From: Octopus sinensis
Lineage: Eukaryota
Reading direction: 5' to 3'
DNA length: 64,000 nt
Assembly: GCF_006345805.1 (NCBI RefSeq)
Contig: NC_043024.1
Span: 2,852,001-2,916,000, forward strand
Shown in pieces: positions 38,701 through 56,069 of this stretch. Made by a program: the position numbers and the translations under genes. Each line of letters begins with the position of its first letter. Position 1 is the first letter of the stretch. Under the pieces are notes generated by a model that saw only the letters and a list, made by a program, of their open reading frames with translations, did not search any database and was not told the DNA's origin.

Positions 38701-39174
38701 TGGCAGTGCTACCGAGGAGCCTTACCTGTTCGGGACAAGCTTGCAAGGCACGGTTGCCAAGTCAGCCCGACCTGTACGAGATGTGGGCGAGAACGGGAAA
38801 CCGTCTCGCACGCGATCGTGCAGTGTTCGGGGGTGAAAGATATGTGGGATTGTGCCGAACAACTAATGTCAGGCGAACGAAGAGTACAGCTATCAGCCGA
38901 ATCTATTGTAAAAATCAGCCCACCTGATTTCTTAACGAAAGAAGGTAAGTTTTGTTTTCTCGCCGTGGTTTCAACTGCGAAACAGGTAGTATGGAAGACA
39001 AGGATGAAAGGAATGATAACAGGCGACTTCATCTCTGGTTCAAGTCTGGTGGAATATTTTAAATTCCACCTGAAAAGACACATAGAACTGGAGAGAAGGA
39101 GCCTGAGTAAGAAAGTGTTTGATGAAAGATGGAAAAATGTGGAGAGTAAAAGATCCCTCACAAATGTGAGATAG
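35782..39174 (+). pseudogene. Tx1 ORF2 (APE endonuclease + RT + C-terminal zinc finger), nonsense-disrupted
   Basis: NVRGL, ETRL, GDFN, SDH, FRPITLLN, QGCPLSP, YADD and CxxC-x8-HxxxxC motifs. TGA at 37768-37770 where copy 2 has CGA. Confidence 0.92.
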
Positions 39175-39430
39175 GAAGAAAAAGGAAACCACAAGGCTAA
39201 GTGTCGTGGCGGGGAGCATGGGGTCGCGAACCCGCCCCACTGCATCTTGTAATTTTGTTAATTGTGTCTATTGTGTAACCATTCGATTTATTATTCATTT
39301 CCGATTTTTAACCGACCCCAAATGTTCATAATTATTTTTTTCATCATTCGTGATTGTATGTGTTCTCTATGTCGCCCCTAGTGGGTAATAAAGAAATTGG
39401 CATGGTTTGTCCGATGTTACAGATATCGGA

Positions 39431-39725
39431 CGGGTATGTTTGATTCTTAGTATTTTCAAATCTAAATCAGAAGAAATCTCTGAGCTGATGAAGGAAAAGT
39501 GGCGTTTTACCCACAAATCCAGAAACAGACTGTCCTCGGGTATCGTATATGGATGTGATCTTTCATTGTTTTTCCCTTATACCTATGTAAGTTATTTTCT
39601 GAGTATGCATTGTCTGGAGAGTTTTATTTGCAGTTGAAGAAATAGCCAAATTTTTGGCTGCCATTTCTGAAAAGTTCGGTGTGTGGTAAAGTGAATTTTT
39701 TTTACTTTACCATATTTTTATAAAT
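39431..39725 (-). mobile_element. Partial inverted copy of the 530-bp MITE (internal part + truncated TIR)
   Basis: Reverse complement of ~33430-33723; (TA)n resumes after it. Confidence 0.88.
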
Positions 39726-40704
39726 ATATATGTATATATATATATATATAGTTGTTCTACGTCCCCTGTCAAGGTAACAGCGTCACCCTTTTGCAATACC
39801 CTTAAAACCAAGCACTTTTCAGCACCAGCCCCGCCACCCTACGCACGAATTCACAAAAGAATTGTGAAAACCAGATCCATAAATACGAAGCACGTGGTCA
39901 AAGGAAAAACGAAATGTTTCTCTAATTTCAACCAATCAGATCCATCCATTCCCGACACTGCGGACACCGTCGCAACCGTTTCCTCTTCTTAATTTCCCCA
40001 ACATCAATATTTGCATTTCTTTTTTGATGTGGAAACCGAAGTGAAGCCCACTTGAACGAACCCACAGTCGAAAGTGTCTGAACCGTGAACGCCCTGTCAC
40101 GTTTTTAGCTGCTATTTCCAGCAGTTCGCTTACTGGTTCGTATATATTTTTATGTTCTGTTGTTGTTCTTGTTGCTGTTTAACCCCAGGTCGACTCATAG
40201 CAGGACTTTTATCGTAGATGTTCCTGCCGTGACTAGGAACGTGTTCAGACAGAGTGGGACCCCTACGATTTTGCTAATTCGAAGCAAAATAATGAAGAGG
40301 GTGCCATGAAATCTAAGGTTACAAAGTTTAAAAAGCCCTCGATAAATTCAAAGGGACTCAGTTAAAACGCATGGCTTTTTCAATCTAAAAGGGCCCATTA
40401 TATTAAAAGAAGGTTGAATAATTTTAATGGAACCTTTGAATTAAAAAAATTGCCAGGTTTAAAAAAAAATACAAATTATTTTGCTGTAAACATGGTTCGG
40501 GGTTCAGTTCCAGTGCGTGGCACCTTGGGCAAATGTCTTCTACTATAGCCCCGGGCCGACCAAAGCTTGTGAGTGGATATGGTGGACGAAAACTGAAAGA
40601 AGCCCGTTGTATATAAATATGTGTGTGTGTGTGTGTCCAGTTACTGCTTGGCAACCGGTGTTGTGTTTACATCTCCGTAACGTAGCTGTTCAGGAAAAGG
40701 CATA

Positions 40705-41074
40705 GGAGTGGCTGTGTGGTAAGTAGCTTGCTTACCAACCACATGGTTCCGGGTTCAATCCCACCTAGTGACACCTTGGGCAAGTGTCTTCTAGTATAGC
40801 CTCGGTCCGACTAAAGCCTTGTGAGTGGATTTGGTAGATGGAAACTGAAAGAAGCCTGTCGTATATATATGTATGTGTGTGTCTGTGTTTGTCCCCCAAC
40901 ATCACTTGACAACCGATGCTGGTGTGTTTACGTCCCCGTAAACTAGCGGTTCGGCAAAAGAGACCGATAGAATAAGTACTAGGCTTACATAGAATAAGCC
41001 CTGGGGTAGATATGCTCGACTAAAGGCGGTGCTCCAGCATGGCCACAGTCAAATGACTGAAACAAGTAAAAGAG
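40705..41074 (+). mobile_element. Full-length SINE-B
   Basis: As 15043-15456. Confidence 0.8.
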
Positions 41075-43080
41075 TATCTATAATTTATCTGTACAGAAAT
41101 GTAGGAAATATTCGCTGTTGCCATTTCTACGGTTTAAATGTATTCTCTATCTTATATTATTTCTGTTGTTTCAGAATAATGGAATAATAGAATTGTTACA
41201 ACAGAAACATCACCAGAATATATTCCTCATCTTTTAAAGACTAACGGAAGGAATTTTTATACAGAATTGATATAACCTCGTTTAATATGAAGCTGAGGTG
41301 AAATATTTCCTTTTGGGTGAGATTATAAACATGACTTCTCTGTGTTTGCTCTCTGGAACCTGTACGAGATAATCTTGCATTCTAAATAAACTTGGATTCA
41401 ATTTACAAAGGAGATTGCAACGTTTCCAAATTACAGCAGAGATTACAGTTGGTGGAAACGTAGCTGAAGGAATATTTGTCAGGAATGATTTATAACAACT
41501 AAACTAGAAGATATATATTTTGGTGAAAGAAGAAAAACTATTGAAGTTTTCATGATGCAGAGAAGATAAAGGATTGATTTTTTTTTCCTCTGAAGAGTTG
41601 TCAAATAAGTGATGGAAATTATGTGACTGCAATATCTGTAAAAATATCAGTCTCTCAGAGAAAGCATATTCATACAGAGGAACACCTTTATCACTGTGAT
41701 ATCTGTAGAAGCTTAAAGACCCAGAAACCTATTCATACAGGAAAGAAATATCCATCTGTGTGATACGTGTTGTAAATCATTCTTGCAAATCCATCATTTA
41801 ACTGTTTACAAATGTATTATACAGGAAAGAAATCATATCAGTGTGATATCTGTGGCAAATCATTCTCTCAAACATCTAGTTTGACTAATCACAAACGTAT
41901 TCATACAGGGGAGAAGCCATATCAGTGTGATATCTGTGGAGAATCATTCTCTCAGAATCAGAACCTAACGAGTCACCATCGTATTCATACTGGGGAGAAA
42001 CCATATCAGTGTGATATTTGTGGTAAGTCTTTCTCTCGTAATAGTGCTGTAACTGAACATGAACGTATTCATACAGGAGAGAAACCATATCAGTGTGGTA
42101 CCTGTGGCCAATCATTCTCTCAAAATCATCATTTAATGAATCACAAACGTATTCATAGAGGAAAGAAACCATATCAATGTGATATTTGTGGCAAATCATT
42201 CTCTCAAACATCTAGTTTGACTGATCACAAACGTATTCATACAGGTGAGAAACCATATCAATGTGATATCTGTGGTAAATCATTCTCTCTTAATCAACAC
42301 TTAACTAAACATAAACGTATTCATACAGGTGAGAAACCATATCAGTGTGATATCTGTGGAGAATCATTCACTCAGAATCACAGCTTAACTACTCACAAAT
42401 ACATTCATACAGGTGAGAAACCATATCAATGTGATATCTGTGGTAAATCATTCTCTCTTAATCAACACTTAACTAAACATAAACGTATTCATACAGGGGA
42501 GAAACCATATCAGTGTGATATTTGTGGTAAATCATTCTCTCGAAATCACCACTTAACTGCTCACAAATACATTCATACAGGTGAGAAACCATATCAATGT
42601 GATATCTGTGGTAAATCATTCTCTCTTAATCAACACTTAACTAAACATAAACGTATTCATACAGGAGAGAAACCATATCAGTGTGATATTTGTGGTAAAT
42701 CTTTCTCTAATACTAGTAATGTAACTCAACATAAACGTATTCATACAGGTGAGAAACCATATCAGTGTGATATCTGTGGAGAATCATTCACTCAGAATCA
42801 ACACTTAACTACTCACAAATACATTCACACAGGAGAGAAACCATATCAGTGTGATATCTGTGGTAAATCATTCTCTGGAAATCACAGCTTAACTGCTCAC
42901 AAATACATTCATACAGGAGAGAAACCATATCAGTGTGATATTTGTGGTAAATCTTTCTCTCATAGCTGTAGCTTAACTACACATATACGTATTCATACAG
43001 GTGAGAAACCATATCAGTGTGATATTTGTGGTAAATCTTTCCCTCATACTAGTGATGTTACTAAACATAAACGTATTCAT

Positions 43081-44700
<1,620 letters not shown>

Positions 44701-45509
44701 TTATCTCTAGTAAATCATTCTCCCAAATCATCTTCTGTCTTATGATAATATGTTTATTGTATACTGTGCTCATTGGAAAAAGTTAAATGAAGAAATAGAA
44801 AGAAGACATATAGTTGTGAAATAAAGACAGCAGTGAAAGCTTGAAGTAGATGCACTGTACACAATAAAACACAAAATGTCCCCAGAAATGCATGCAGGGA
44901 TAGAACCACAAAGAGGAAAGAGAGCATAGGAACATCAGGGGTAGTGATGACGTATTTGGGGAAATCTGAAAGTTTTGAAGGTTGCAGTCAACGTATAGTT
45001 TATTCCCCGCTTCACTAATTGTGCATATGAAAGATTATCTCTGAGAGCCATGGGTGCTGCACTGTTTTTGTTTTTTTTTTTATTTTATAAGCATGTCCAT
45101 GGCTAGTTGAGGTATGGACTTCAAAAAAGTGACCAAAGTTGCTGGAATGATGGTAGATAATCATGCAAACTTCAATCAAATCAGACATTTGACATCAAAA
45201 CTAAGGTGTAAAATGTTATCCTTGTACAATGACTTCTTCTTTTCGACCAAGTCTCTCAAAAATCATTATTTAACTGGACACAAATGTATACACACAGAAG
45301 AGGAACCTTTGTTATAAATGAAGTGTGTAATATTCTGTGTGAATTGCCACAATTGTTTGTCATCACCTTTGTAAGGGCCAAAATCTTGAATGGTAACCTC
45401 ATCAACCTTTGTGAATATTTATAATGTGAAATCTAAATAAAGCTGTTTTACTCTTTAAGTATTCTTCTGTCATTTTGTATGTCCAACATCTAAAACCAAG
45501 ACTTGTATT

Positions 45510-47555
45510 GACCCAATCATAAACTAGACAATTCACAGACCCAATGAGTATGAGATAAAAGGTTAACTCCACCATGCTTAGCTTTATAAGCTGTTCATTT
45601 CCATGTTCCAGCCCTTCTCAGCCCTCTTTTATCCATCCATCATAGCGTTATGGGCCATTGCAGGGGAGACAAATTAGGCAATAGCAGACAGGTACTTTCA
45701 ATTTGCCGGTGAATGAAAGAAAGGGAATTTTGATTTTATATATATAGACAAAGCATAATAGCTTCCTTTGAACAATTTACTTCCATTTTGCTCGACAAAC
45801 AAACAAACAGACAGAATCTCTCTTTTATATATATAGACTAGCAGCAATACCCATCGTTGATCGAGTAATTACTTTCACTGCTTCTCAGGAGCTACATTCT
45901 AAGTATTATGATATACATAATTTGGTTGAGTTTATTTTTGTGCATATCCAGAGTAAAATACGGGCATGAGGTAATTCCCTTTTCTGTCATTCCACTGTAT
46001 ACGTAAAACAGTGAACTTCCCCAAGGATATATGATTTAGAAAAGAGGTGCATCATCATATTATTTTATTTTAAGTTAAAAACCCATGCTATGAGATCTTG
46101 TCTATGGTGTGCCTGTTGATGAAGAAAGAGTTTCTTTTGTATTTCAGGCCATTTTGGGTCACATGTAAAAGTTATAATAAATATATCTGGTCTACCATAA
46201 TTTCGTACATATGTCACAACATCTTGTGTTCTGTCATGCATATAGTAGGGGTGGGGTCCACTTATGAAGCTCAATGGAAGGATGCACAATTGCCCCAGAT
46301 TATTTCCATTTATGCTGTCCCCTAAGCGAATATTTGAAGCAACCTGGAGCTGTTTTTGGTTTGTTCTTACATAGGTGAGTCTTTGATTCAATCTTGGCGT
46401 ACATGTCAACAAAAAATTCATCAACATCATCATCGTTTAACGTCCGTTTTCTGTGCTAGCATGGGTAGGATGGTTCCACCGGGGTCTGGGAAGCCAGGAC
46501 GCTGCAACAGTGCCTCTTCACACATTTCTCCTCATCCATCCAGAGTACATGACCATACCAGTGCAAATGTCGCTCTTGCACATCACATCTGATGCTTCCT
46601 ATGTCCAGCATTTCTCTCAGGGCGCTTACACTCTGTCATGTGTGCACACTGACATTACACATCCAGCGGATCATGTTAGCTTCATTTCTTTCAAGTCTAC
46701 GCATGTCCTCTGCAGTCACAGCCCATGTTTCACTACCGTGAAGCATGGCAATTCGCACACATGCATCATACAATCTAACTTTCACTCTGAGCGAGAGACC
46801 CTTTGCCACCAGTAGGGGTAGGAGCTTTCTAAACTTTGCCCAGGCTATTCGTATTCTAGTGGTGACTCTCTCTAAGCATCCACCCTCACTACTAACGTGG
46901 TCACCTAGGTAGCAGAAACTATCAACTACTTCTACTTTCTCCCCCTGGAGTGTGATGGAATCTGTTATCAATTCCTACTTGCTGGCGTAGGTCAAACGGT
47001 TTGACTGGAACTGGTAAGCCAGAGAGCTTCACCAAGTTCCAATCTGATTTGGCACGGCTTCTACGGTTGGATGTCCTTCCTAACGCCAACCAGTCCAAGA
47101 GTGTAATGGATGCTTTTAGCGTGTCACCTGCACGGGTGCCAGTTACGTGACACCAGCATCGACCACAACTACGAATTCACTTTGATTGACGAGACTTCTC
47201 AACATGATAATAATGAGGATGAAGTAGAATTATCAGATCTTCTCACTTTGACCGGCAGATTTTTAAAATAATTTCTTTGTAACTAAACACTTTTAAACTT
47301 CGTATACTTGTAGAATGTGTTTATAAAACATCTTTTTCTCTTGGATTTCTTGAGAAAATTCTGTAGTTTGTATGCTATTTCTTGCTTAATTTCTCACCGG
47401 ACGTTGTTGTTTAACTTGTTGACAAACAACAGCAGTAATTGTATTCACCTCAATAGACGTCTTTGATTGGTTGAAATTGCCAAATAGCTTACAAACTACA
47501 GAATTTTCTCAAGAAAGCTGAGAGAAAAAGATGTTTTATAAACACATTCTACCAA
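45510..47555 (-). repeat. First of two tandem Helitron/RTE/MITE blocks in unit 4
   Basis: Junction gactag at 45836-45841; Helitron ORF 46065-46433; RTE ORF 46636-46971; truncated MITE 47228-47553. Confidence 0.8.
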
Positions 47556-47876
47556 TCACAAACTAGACAATTCACAGACCCAATGAGTATGAGATAAAAG
47601 GTTAACTCCACCATGCTTAGCTTTATAAGCTGTTCATTTCCATGTTCCAGCCCTTCTCAGCCCTCTTTTATCCATCCATCATAGTGTTATGGGCTATTGC
47701 AGGGGAGACAAATTAGGCAATAGCAGACAGGTACTTTCATTTTGCCGGTGAAAGAAAGAAAGGGAATTTCGATTTTATATATATAGACAAAGCATAATAG
47801 CTTCCTTTGAACAATTTACTTCCATTTTGCTGGACAAACAAACAGACAGACAGAATTTCTCTTTTATATATATAGA

Positions 47877-49118
47877 CTAGCAGCAATACCCATCGTTGAT
47901 CGAGTAATTACTTTCACTGTTTCTCAGGAGCTACATTCTAAGTATTATAATATACATAATTTGGTTGAGTTTATTTTTGTGCATATCCAGAGTAAAATAC
48001 TGGCATGAGGTAATCCCCTTTTCTGTCATTCCACTATATACATAAAACAGTGAACTTCCCCGAGGATATATGATTTAGAAAAGGGGTGCATCATCATATT
48101 ATTTTATTTTAAGTTAAAAACCCATGCTATGAGATCTTGTCTATGGTGTGCCTGTTGATGAAGAAAGAGTTTCTTTTTTCAGGCCATTTTGGGTCACATG
48201 TAAAAGTTATAATAAATATATCTGGTCTACCATAATTTCGTACATATGTCACAACATCTTGTGTTCTTTCATGCAAATATTAGGGGTGGGGTCCATATGT
48301 GAAGCTCAATGGAAGGATGCACAATTGCCCCAGATTATTTCCATACCCATCATTATTTATGCTGTCCCCTAAGCGAATACATGAAGCAACCTGGAGATGT
48401 TTTTGGTGTGTTCTTACATAGGTGAGTCTTTGATTCAATTTTGGCGTACATGTCAACAAAAAATTCATCAACATCATCATCGTTTAACGTCCGTTTTCCA
48501 TGCTAGTACGGGTTGGACGGTTCGGCCGGGGTGTGGGAAGCCAGGACGCTGCAACAGTGGCACTTCACACATTTCTCCTCATCCATCTGCAGTACATGAC
48601 CATACCAGCGCAAACGTCGCTCTTGCACACCACATCTGATGCTTCTTATGTCCAGCATTTCTCTCAGGGCGCTTACACTCCGTCATATGTGCACACTGAC
48701 ATTACACATCCAGCGGATCATGTTAGCTTCATTTCTTTCAAGTTTACACATGTCCTCTGCAGTCACAGCCCATGTTTCACTACCGTGAAGCATGGCTATA
48801 CACACGCATGCATCATACAATCTAACTTTCACTCTTAGCAAGAGACCCATTTCCACCAGTAGGGGTAGGAGCTTTCTAAACTTTGCCCAGGCTATTCGTA
48901 TTCTAGTGGTGACACTCTCTGAGCATCCACCCTCACTACTAACTTGGTTACCTAGGTAGCAGAGACTATCAACTACTTCTGGTTTCTCCCCTGGAGTGTG
49001 ATGGAATCTGTTTTCTGAGTATCTGTGGTGTCTATTGTCCCTGTGCATTTGCCGCACATGAAAGCTATCTTCTCAGTTAATTTTCCTTTGATGTTGCTTC
49101 ACCTCTTATGTGTCCATA
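47877..49118 (-). mobile_element. Helitron Rep relic (47877-48464) + RTE fragment (48465-49118)
   Basis: Junction gactag at 47875-47880; ORFs 48280-48480 and 48683-49057. Confidence 0.8.
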
Positions 49119-49399
49119 GCTTACACTGGGTACATCTTATCAATTCCTACTTGCTGGCATAGGTCAAACGGTTTGACTGAAACTGGTAAGCCAGAGAGCT
49201 TCACCAAGTTCCAGTCTGATTTGGCATGGCTTCTACGGTTGGATGTCCTTCCTAACACCAACCAGTCCAAGAGTGTAATGGATGTTTTTAGCGTGTCACC
49301 TGCACGGGTGCCAGTTGCGTGACACCAGCATCGACCACAACTACGAATTCACTTTGCTTGACGAGTCTTCTCAACATGATAATAATGAGGATGAAGAAG

Positions 49400-49828
49400 A
49401 ATTATCAGATCTTCTCACTTTGACCGGCAGATTTTTAAAATAATTTCTTTGTAACTAAACACTTTTAAACTTCGTATACTGGTAGAATGTGTTTATAAAA
49501 CATCTTTTTCTCTTGGATTTCTTGAGAAAATTCTGTAGTTTGTATGCTATTTCTTGTTTAATTTCTCACCGGACGTTGTTGTTGAACTTGTTGACAAACA
49601 ACAGCAGTAATTGTATTCATCTCAATATACGTCATTGATTGGTTGAAATTGCCAAAATCCGAGAAATTTAACAAGAAATAGGTTTAAAACTTCAGAATTT
49701 TCTCAAGAAAGCCAAGAGAAAAATATGTTTTATAAACACATTCTACCAGTATACTAAGTTTAAAAGTGTTTAGTTATAAAGAAATTATTTTAAAAATCTG
49801 TCGGTCAAAGCGAAAAGATCCGAATTAT
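49400..49828. mobile_element. ~430-bp long-TIR MITE
   Basis: Copy of 1253-1681. Confidence 0.8.
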
Positions 49829-49960
49829 CAAATAAACTATATAAAGTACCCCAGGACTTATTTAAATGAAGGCTGATGCTGGAAAATAGAATCGTGTGCA
49901 TGTACGTAAGCTTAACAGACATTCACAAGCGAGTATGACTTGAGAGCTTACATGATGCTT

Positions 49961-50130
49961 TCGACCCCGAAAGGATGAAAGGTAAAGTCGACTCGGCGGA
50001 TTTGAACTCAGAACGTAGCATCAGACGAAATACTGCCGGGCGAAATGCTCAGCAGTATTTCGTCTGATGCTATGTTCTGAGTTCAAATTCTGCCGACGTC
50101 GACTTTACCTTTCATCCTTTCGGGGGTCGA
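49961..50130. repeat. Fold-back SINE-A hairpin
   Basis: As 12384-12555. Confidence 0.92.
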
Positions 50131-51273
50131 TTAAATAAGTACCAGTTACGCACTGCGGTCGACGTAATCGACTTAATCCGTCTGTCTGTCCTCTCTGTGC
50201 CCCTTGTGGGCAACAAAAAAAAAAATAGATGCTTTCAACTCGGAGAGGAATGGGCCCCGCGAGGTCTAAAATGCCTAATACATGCTGGTTTTTTCGCAAC
50301 AGCCTCAACAAGAGTTGAAGAAGCAAAGTAAAGCTAAGAAAAAGAGTTACTTCCCCTGGCAATTAATTGTTTAAGACCTTTAAAAATGGTCGCACCTGCT
50401 CCTGTTTAATTACCCATCCTTTTAACGGACAGAATTGAACTTATAGGATTGATAATCAACCGTGTAAACGTATACAAACAGCATTCTTTTATTATGTAGA
50501 TTTCAAAAAATATAAACCAACGTTTGTTGTAAAAGCCTAGAAATTCTTTCGAAGCTGTTATTGTCCGCTCTGACTTCAGTTCCGTCACATCTTCCCCGTT
50601 GACTCTCTATATTAATATGTAAGTATTATATACACATAAGCATTTATATTGTATACATGTCATAAGTACGTATGTTTATTTTGAAGCTTATTTTGATGAT
50701 AAACGTTACTGAAGCTATAATTCCGCCGAGGTCGACTTTGCCTTTCATCCTTTCGGGGTCGATAAATTAAGTACCAGTTACGCACTGGGATCCGATATAA
50801 TCGACTTAATCCGTTTGTCTGTCCTTGTGTGTCCTCTCTGTGTTTAGCCCCTTGTTAGCAATAAAGAAATAGGTAGTTGTCTTATTGCTTTCAATGTTTC
50901 GTTCTCCCATTGAAGCTCCACTCTAATTTTCGATATTCCCTAAATCTTGATATCAAATACCAACTGAAAGTTTATGGTGATCCGTCGGTATAGGTACACA
51001 CGTGATTTTGTTTACATTTTTGAAGATAACAGAAACCATTATCTCCTACCTCTAAACCCCCATATATAAAAAAAAAAACACTTTCTTGAAATGTATCCGG
51101 TACTTATACCTATTTCTTTACTACCCACAAGGGGCTAAACTTAGAGGCGACAAACAAGGACAGACATAGGTATTAAGTCGATTACATCAACTTCAGTGCA
51201 TAACTGGTACTTTAATTTACCGACCCCGAAAGGATGAAAGGCAAAGTCGGACTCACAACGTAACGACAGAGCC

Positions 51274-53629
<2,356 letters not shown>

Positions 53630-54160
53630 GTCATCAAAAAAAGGGGTAGAATTAATTAATTGTTAATAAATTCGACCAAGCAGTATTCGGTATGTAAAGA
53701 CCATTTACGGTATATTTGAAGTATTAATTTATAAAAATATGGTAAAGTAAAAATTCACTTTACCACACACCGAACTTTTCAGAAATAGCAGCCAAAAATT
53801 TGGCTATTTCTTCAACTGCAAATAAAAGTCTCCAGACAATGCATACTCAGAAAATAACTCACATAGGTATAAGGGAAAACAATGAAAGATCACATCCATA
53901 TACGATACCCGAGGACAGTCTGTTTCTGGATTTGTGGGTAAAACGCCACTTTTCCTTCATCAGCTCAGAGATTTCTTCTGATTTAGATTTGAAAATACTA
54001 AGAATCAAACATACCCGGTGTGTGGTAAAGTGAATTTTTTTTACTTTACCATATTTTTATAAATTAATACTTCAAATATACCGTAAATGGTCTTTACATA
54101 CCGAATACTGCTTGGTCGAATTTATTAACAATTAATTAATTCTACCCCTTTTTTGATGAC
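53630..54160. mobile_element. 531-bp long-TIR MITE
   Basis: Near-identical to 33337-33866. Confidence 0.9.
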
Positions 54161-54512
54161 AATATAATGCTTTCTCTCCAAGAATTTGAACTGCAGTTTT
54201 TACCTCTGTAGAAATGTAATGCTCTATGACTCACGTGGGTGGACAGGGAGAATAATGGATCTCATTCGTATTTTTGGATTCGCTAGTACTGGGTGTCTGG
54301 CATGGTTTGTCCGATAATTAAGTATTGAACTTTTACCACGTGAGTTTTTTCAGTGAAATATTGTTGTTGAATTTGTGTTAAAACCTGTTTAAATTGTCTT
54401 GTTTAAAAAATTGTTTGAACTGTTGCTGGTTTTGAACCAGGAAAACTTTGTTTTCCCCTCCTCACGGAGGGGAACTGCTGTACATTGAAACACACACACA
54501 TTCCACGGCGAA

Positions 54513-56060
54513 ATGAACAAAAATATTTGTTCAAAAATGTCAAAAAATGATGACGTAGTAGGTTTGCCTACACAAAAAAATGTGAAAATTGTTGAAGCTA
54601 AAATTGCGGAAGGTGTGACTTCCAATGAAACTGTGAAAACAGCAAAAGCGAATGAAGGTTCGCCGGTTAAAAAAGCTGTGAAAACGGCTAAAGTCGCGGA
54701 AGGGTTGACTTCCAACGAAGCTGAGAAATCAGCAAATGTGTGTGACAAACCAAGTGAAAAAACCAAGATGTTTAACTTCGCTGCCGCTGCTGGTAGGAAG
54801 ACAGAGGAAATAAAGATGGAGGAGGTGGAGTACGAAAAGTTTTTTAAAATGTTTAAAAAAGAGGGAAATAACGCGATAGCTGCCCTCCCACAAACAATTA
54901 AAGAGGAAACCGAGAAAAGGACGATAATTTATAAATCCTATGTAATAAAAGAGAAGAAAATTGAAAGGATAACCAAAGACCAAGCTGAGAAATGCCTTAA
55001 ACCAATGTGGAGTGATATGGACTACGTTACGTGGGGGAGAAAGTTTGCAACAATAGAGGTGCACTTCAGAAATGAAGAAACGGCCAAAAAACACTCCCTA
55101 ACACCAATAAAGACGGAGGAAATAATATTATTACCCTCGTATTTAGGGAGGAGAACCTCAAAAATCAGAGTGGAGGATGTGCCGCCACAGGTCGACGTGA
55201 GGTGGTTGCTTCCAGCACTGTTAATGGGGCTGGAAGAGAAAATAACTGTGATAAACATCAGAAGAGTGATAAAGGAAAACTGGAGAGGACAAGCATTGCA
55301 CGTGGTGGTGCAAGCGACCCCGGAGGCAATGGAGGAAGTTCCAGAAGGAATACAATTCGGGGAAGAAATTAACTTGCGGGTGGTGGTGGAGGGGCGAAAG
55401 CCACGTTGCTACGGATGTGGCGAGATAGGTCACATCCGTATGGAATGCCCCACCAGCAAGAAAGAGGAAGAAAGAAAAAGACAGAAGAAGAAGCAGAGAA
55501 AAAAACAGAAGAAGAAAGAAGAGAACGATTTCACAACGGTGAGGCGGAAGAAAACGCCAAAGAGAAAGAATGCGGACACAAACCCAACCAACCCTGGCAC
55601 AATCAAAAAGAAATCCAACTCTCAGGGGGGAAAACCATCCCCACCCAACCACGGTTCCCCACAAAAAGAGAAGCCCCCACCCAATCCACCCCCACCCCTC
55701 AGTGCCGAGCATTACACCTCCATTTCAACCCCCTCCTCGTGTTCCTCCCCATCATACTCCCCGGGGTCCTCCCCATCACCCCCACAAAGCCCACAAAAAA
55801 GCAGATTTACAGAAGCCCAAATAGTATATGCGGCAATAGACAAAAATAATGACCGACTTAAAAGTGGAATGGGAAATATCCCAAGCGCAGAAAGGGTGAA
55901 AACCCACAGAAATCTACAAAAAAATGTAGAAATTTATAAATTGGACTTACGGAACTTTAACATGTTAAATGCACAGTTCGCAGGGGACATAAAGGGTCCG
56001 CGACACGAAGTGGACGAGATACTGATTAATGTGGACTTCCCCGCCACGACCACGGAATAA
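54513..56060 (+). CDS. Tx1 ORF1 (CCHC knuckle)
   Basis: 515 aa, near-identical to copy 1. Confidence 0.88.
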   Translation: MNKNICSKMSKNDDVVGLPTQKNVKIVEAKIAEGVTSNETVKTAKANEGSPVKKAVKTAKVAEGLTSNEAEKSANVCDKPSEKTKMFNFAAAAGRKTEEIKMEEVEYEKFFKMFKKEGNNAIAALPQTIKEETEKRTIIYKSYVIKEKKIERITKDQAEKCLKPMWSDMDYVTWGRKFATIEVHFRNEETAKKHSLTPIKTEEIILLPSYLGRRTSKIRVEDVPPQVDVRWLLPALLMGLEEKITVINIRRVIKENWRGQALHVVVQATPEAMEEVPEGIQFGEEINLRVVVEGRKPRCYGCGEIGHIRMECPTSKKEEERKRQKKKQRKKQKKKEENDFTTVRRKKTPKRKNADTNPTNPGTIKKKSNSQGGKPSPPNHGSPQKEKPPPNPPPPLSAEHYTSISTPSSCSSPSYSPGSSPSPPQSPQKSRFTEAQIVYAAIDKNNDRLKSGMGNIPSAERVKTHRNLQKNVEIYKLDLRNFNMLNAQFAGDIKGPRHEVDEILINVDFPATTTE

Positions 56061-56069
56061 AGGTAAGTA

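Larger units (their letters stand above)
34022..39397 (+). mobile_element. Full-length Tx1/L1-type non-LTR retrotransposon, copy 1
   Basis: 18-bp TSD tggcatggtttgtccgat at 34004-34021 and 39398-39415; two ORFs; no poly(A) tail, ends aataaagaaat. Confidence 0.92.

Noticed and set aside
34095-39245. Many short overlapping ORFs inside the Tx1 elements
   Set aside because: Alternative-frame by-products of GC-richer coding DNA.
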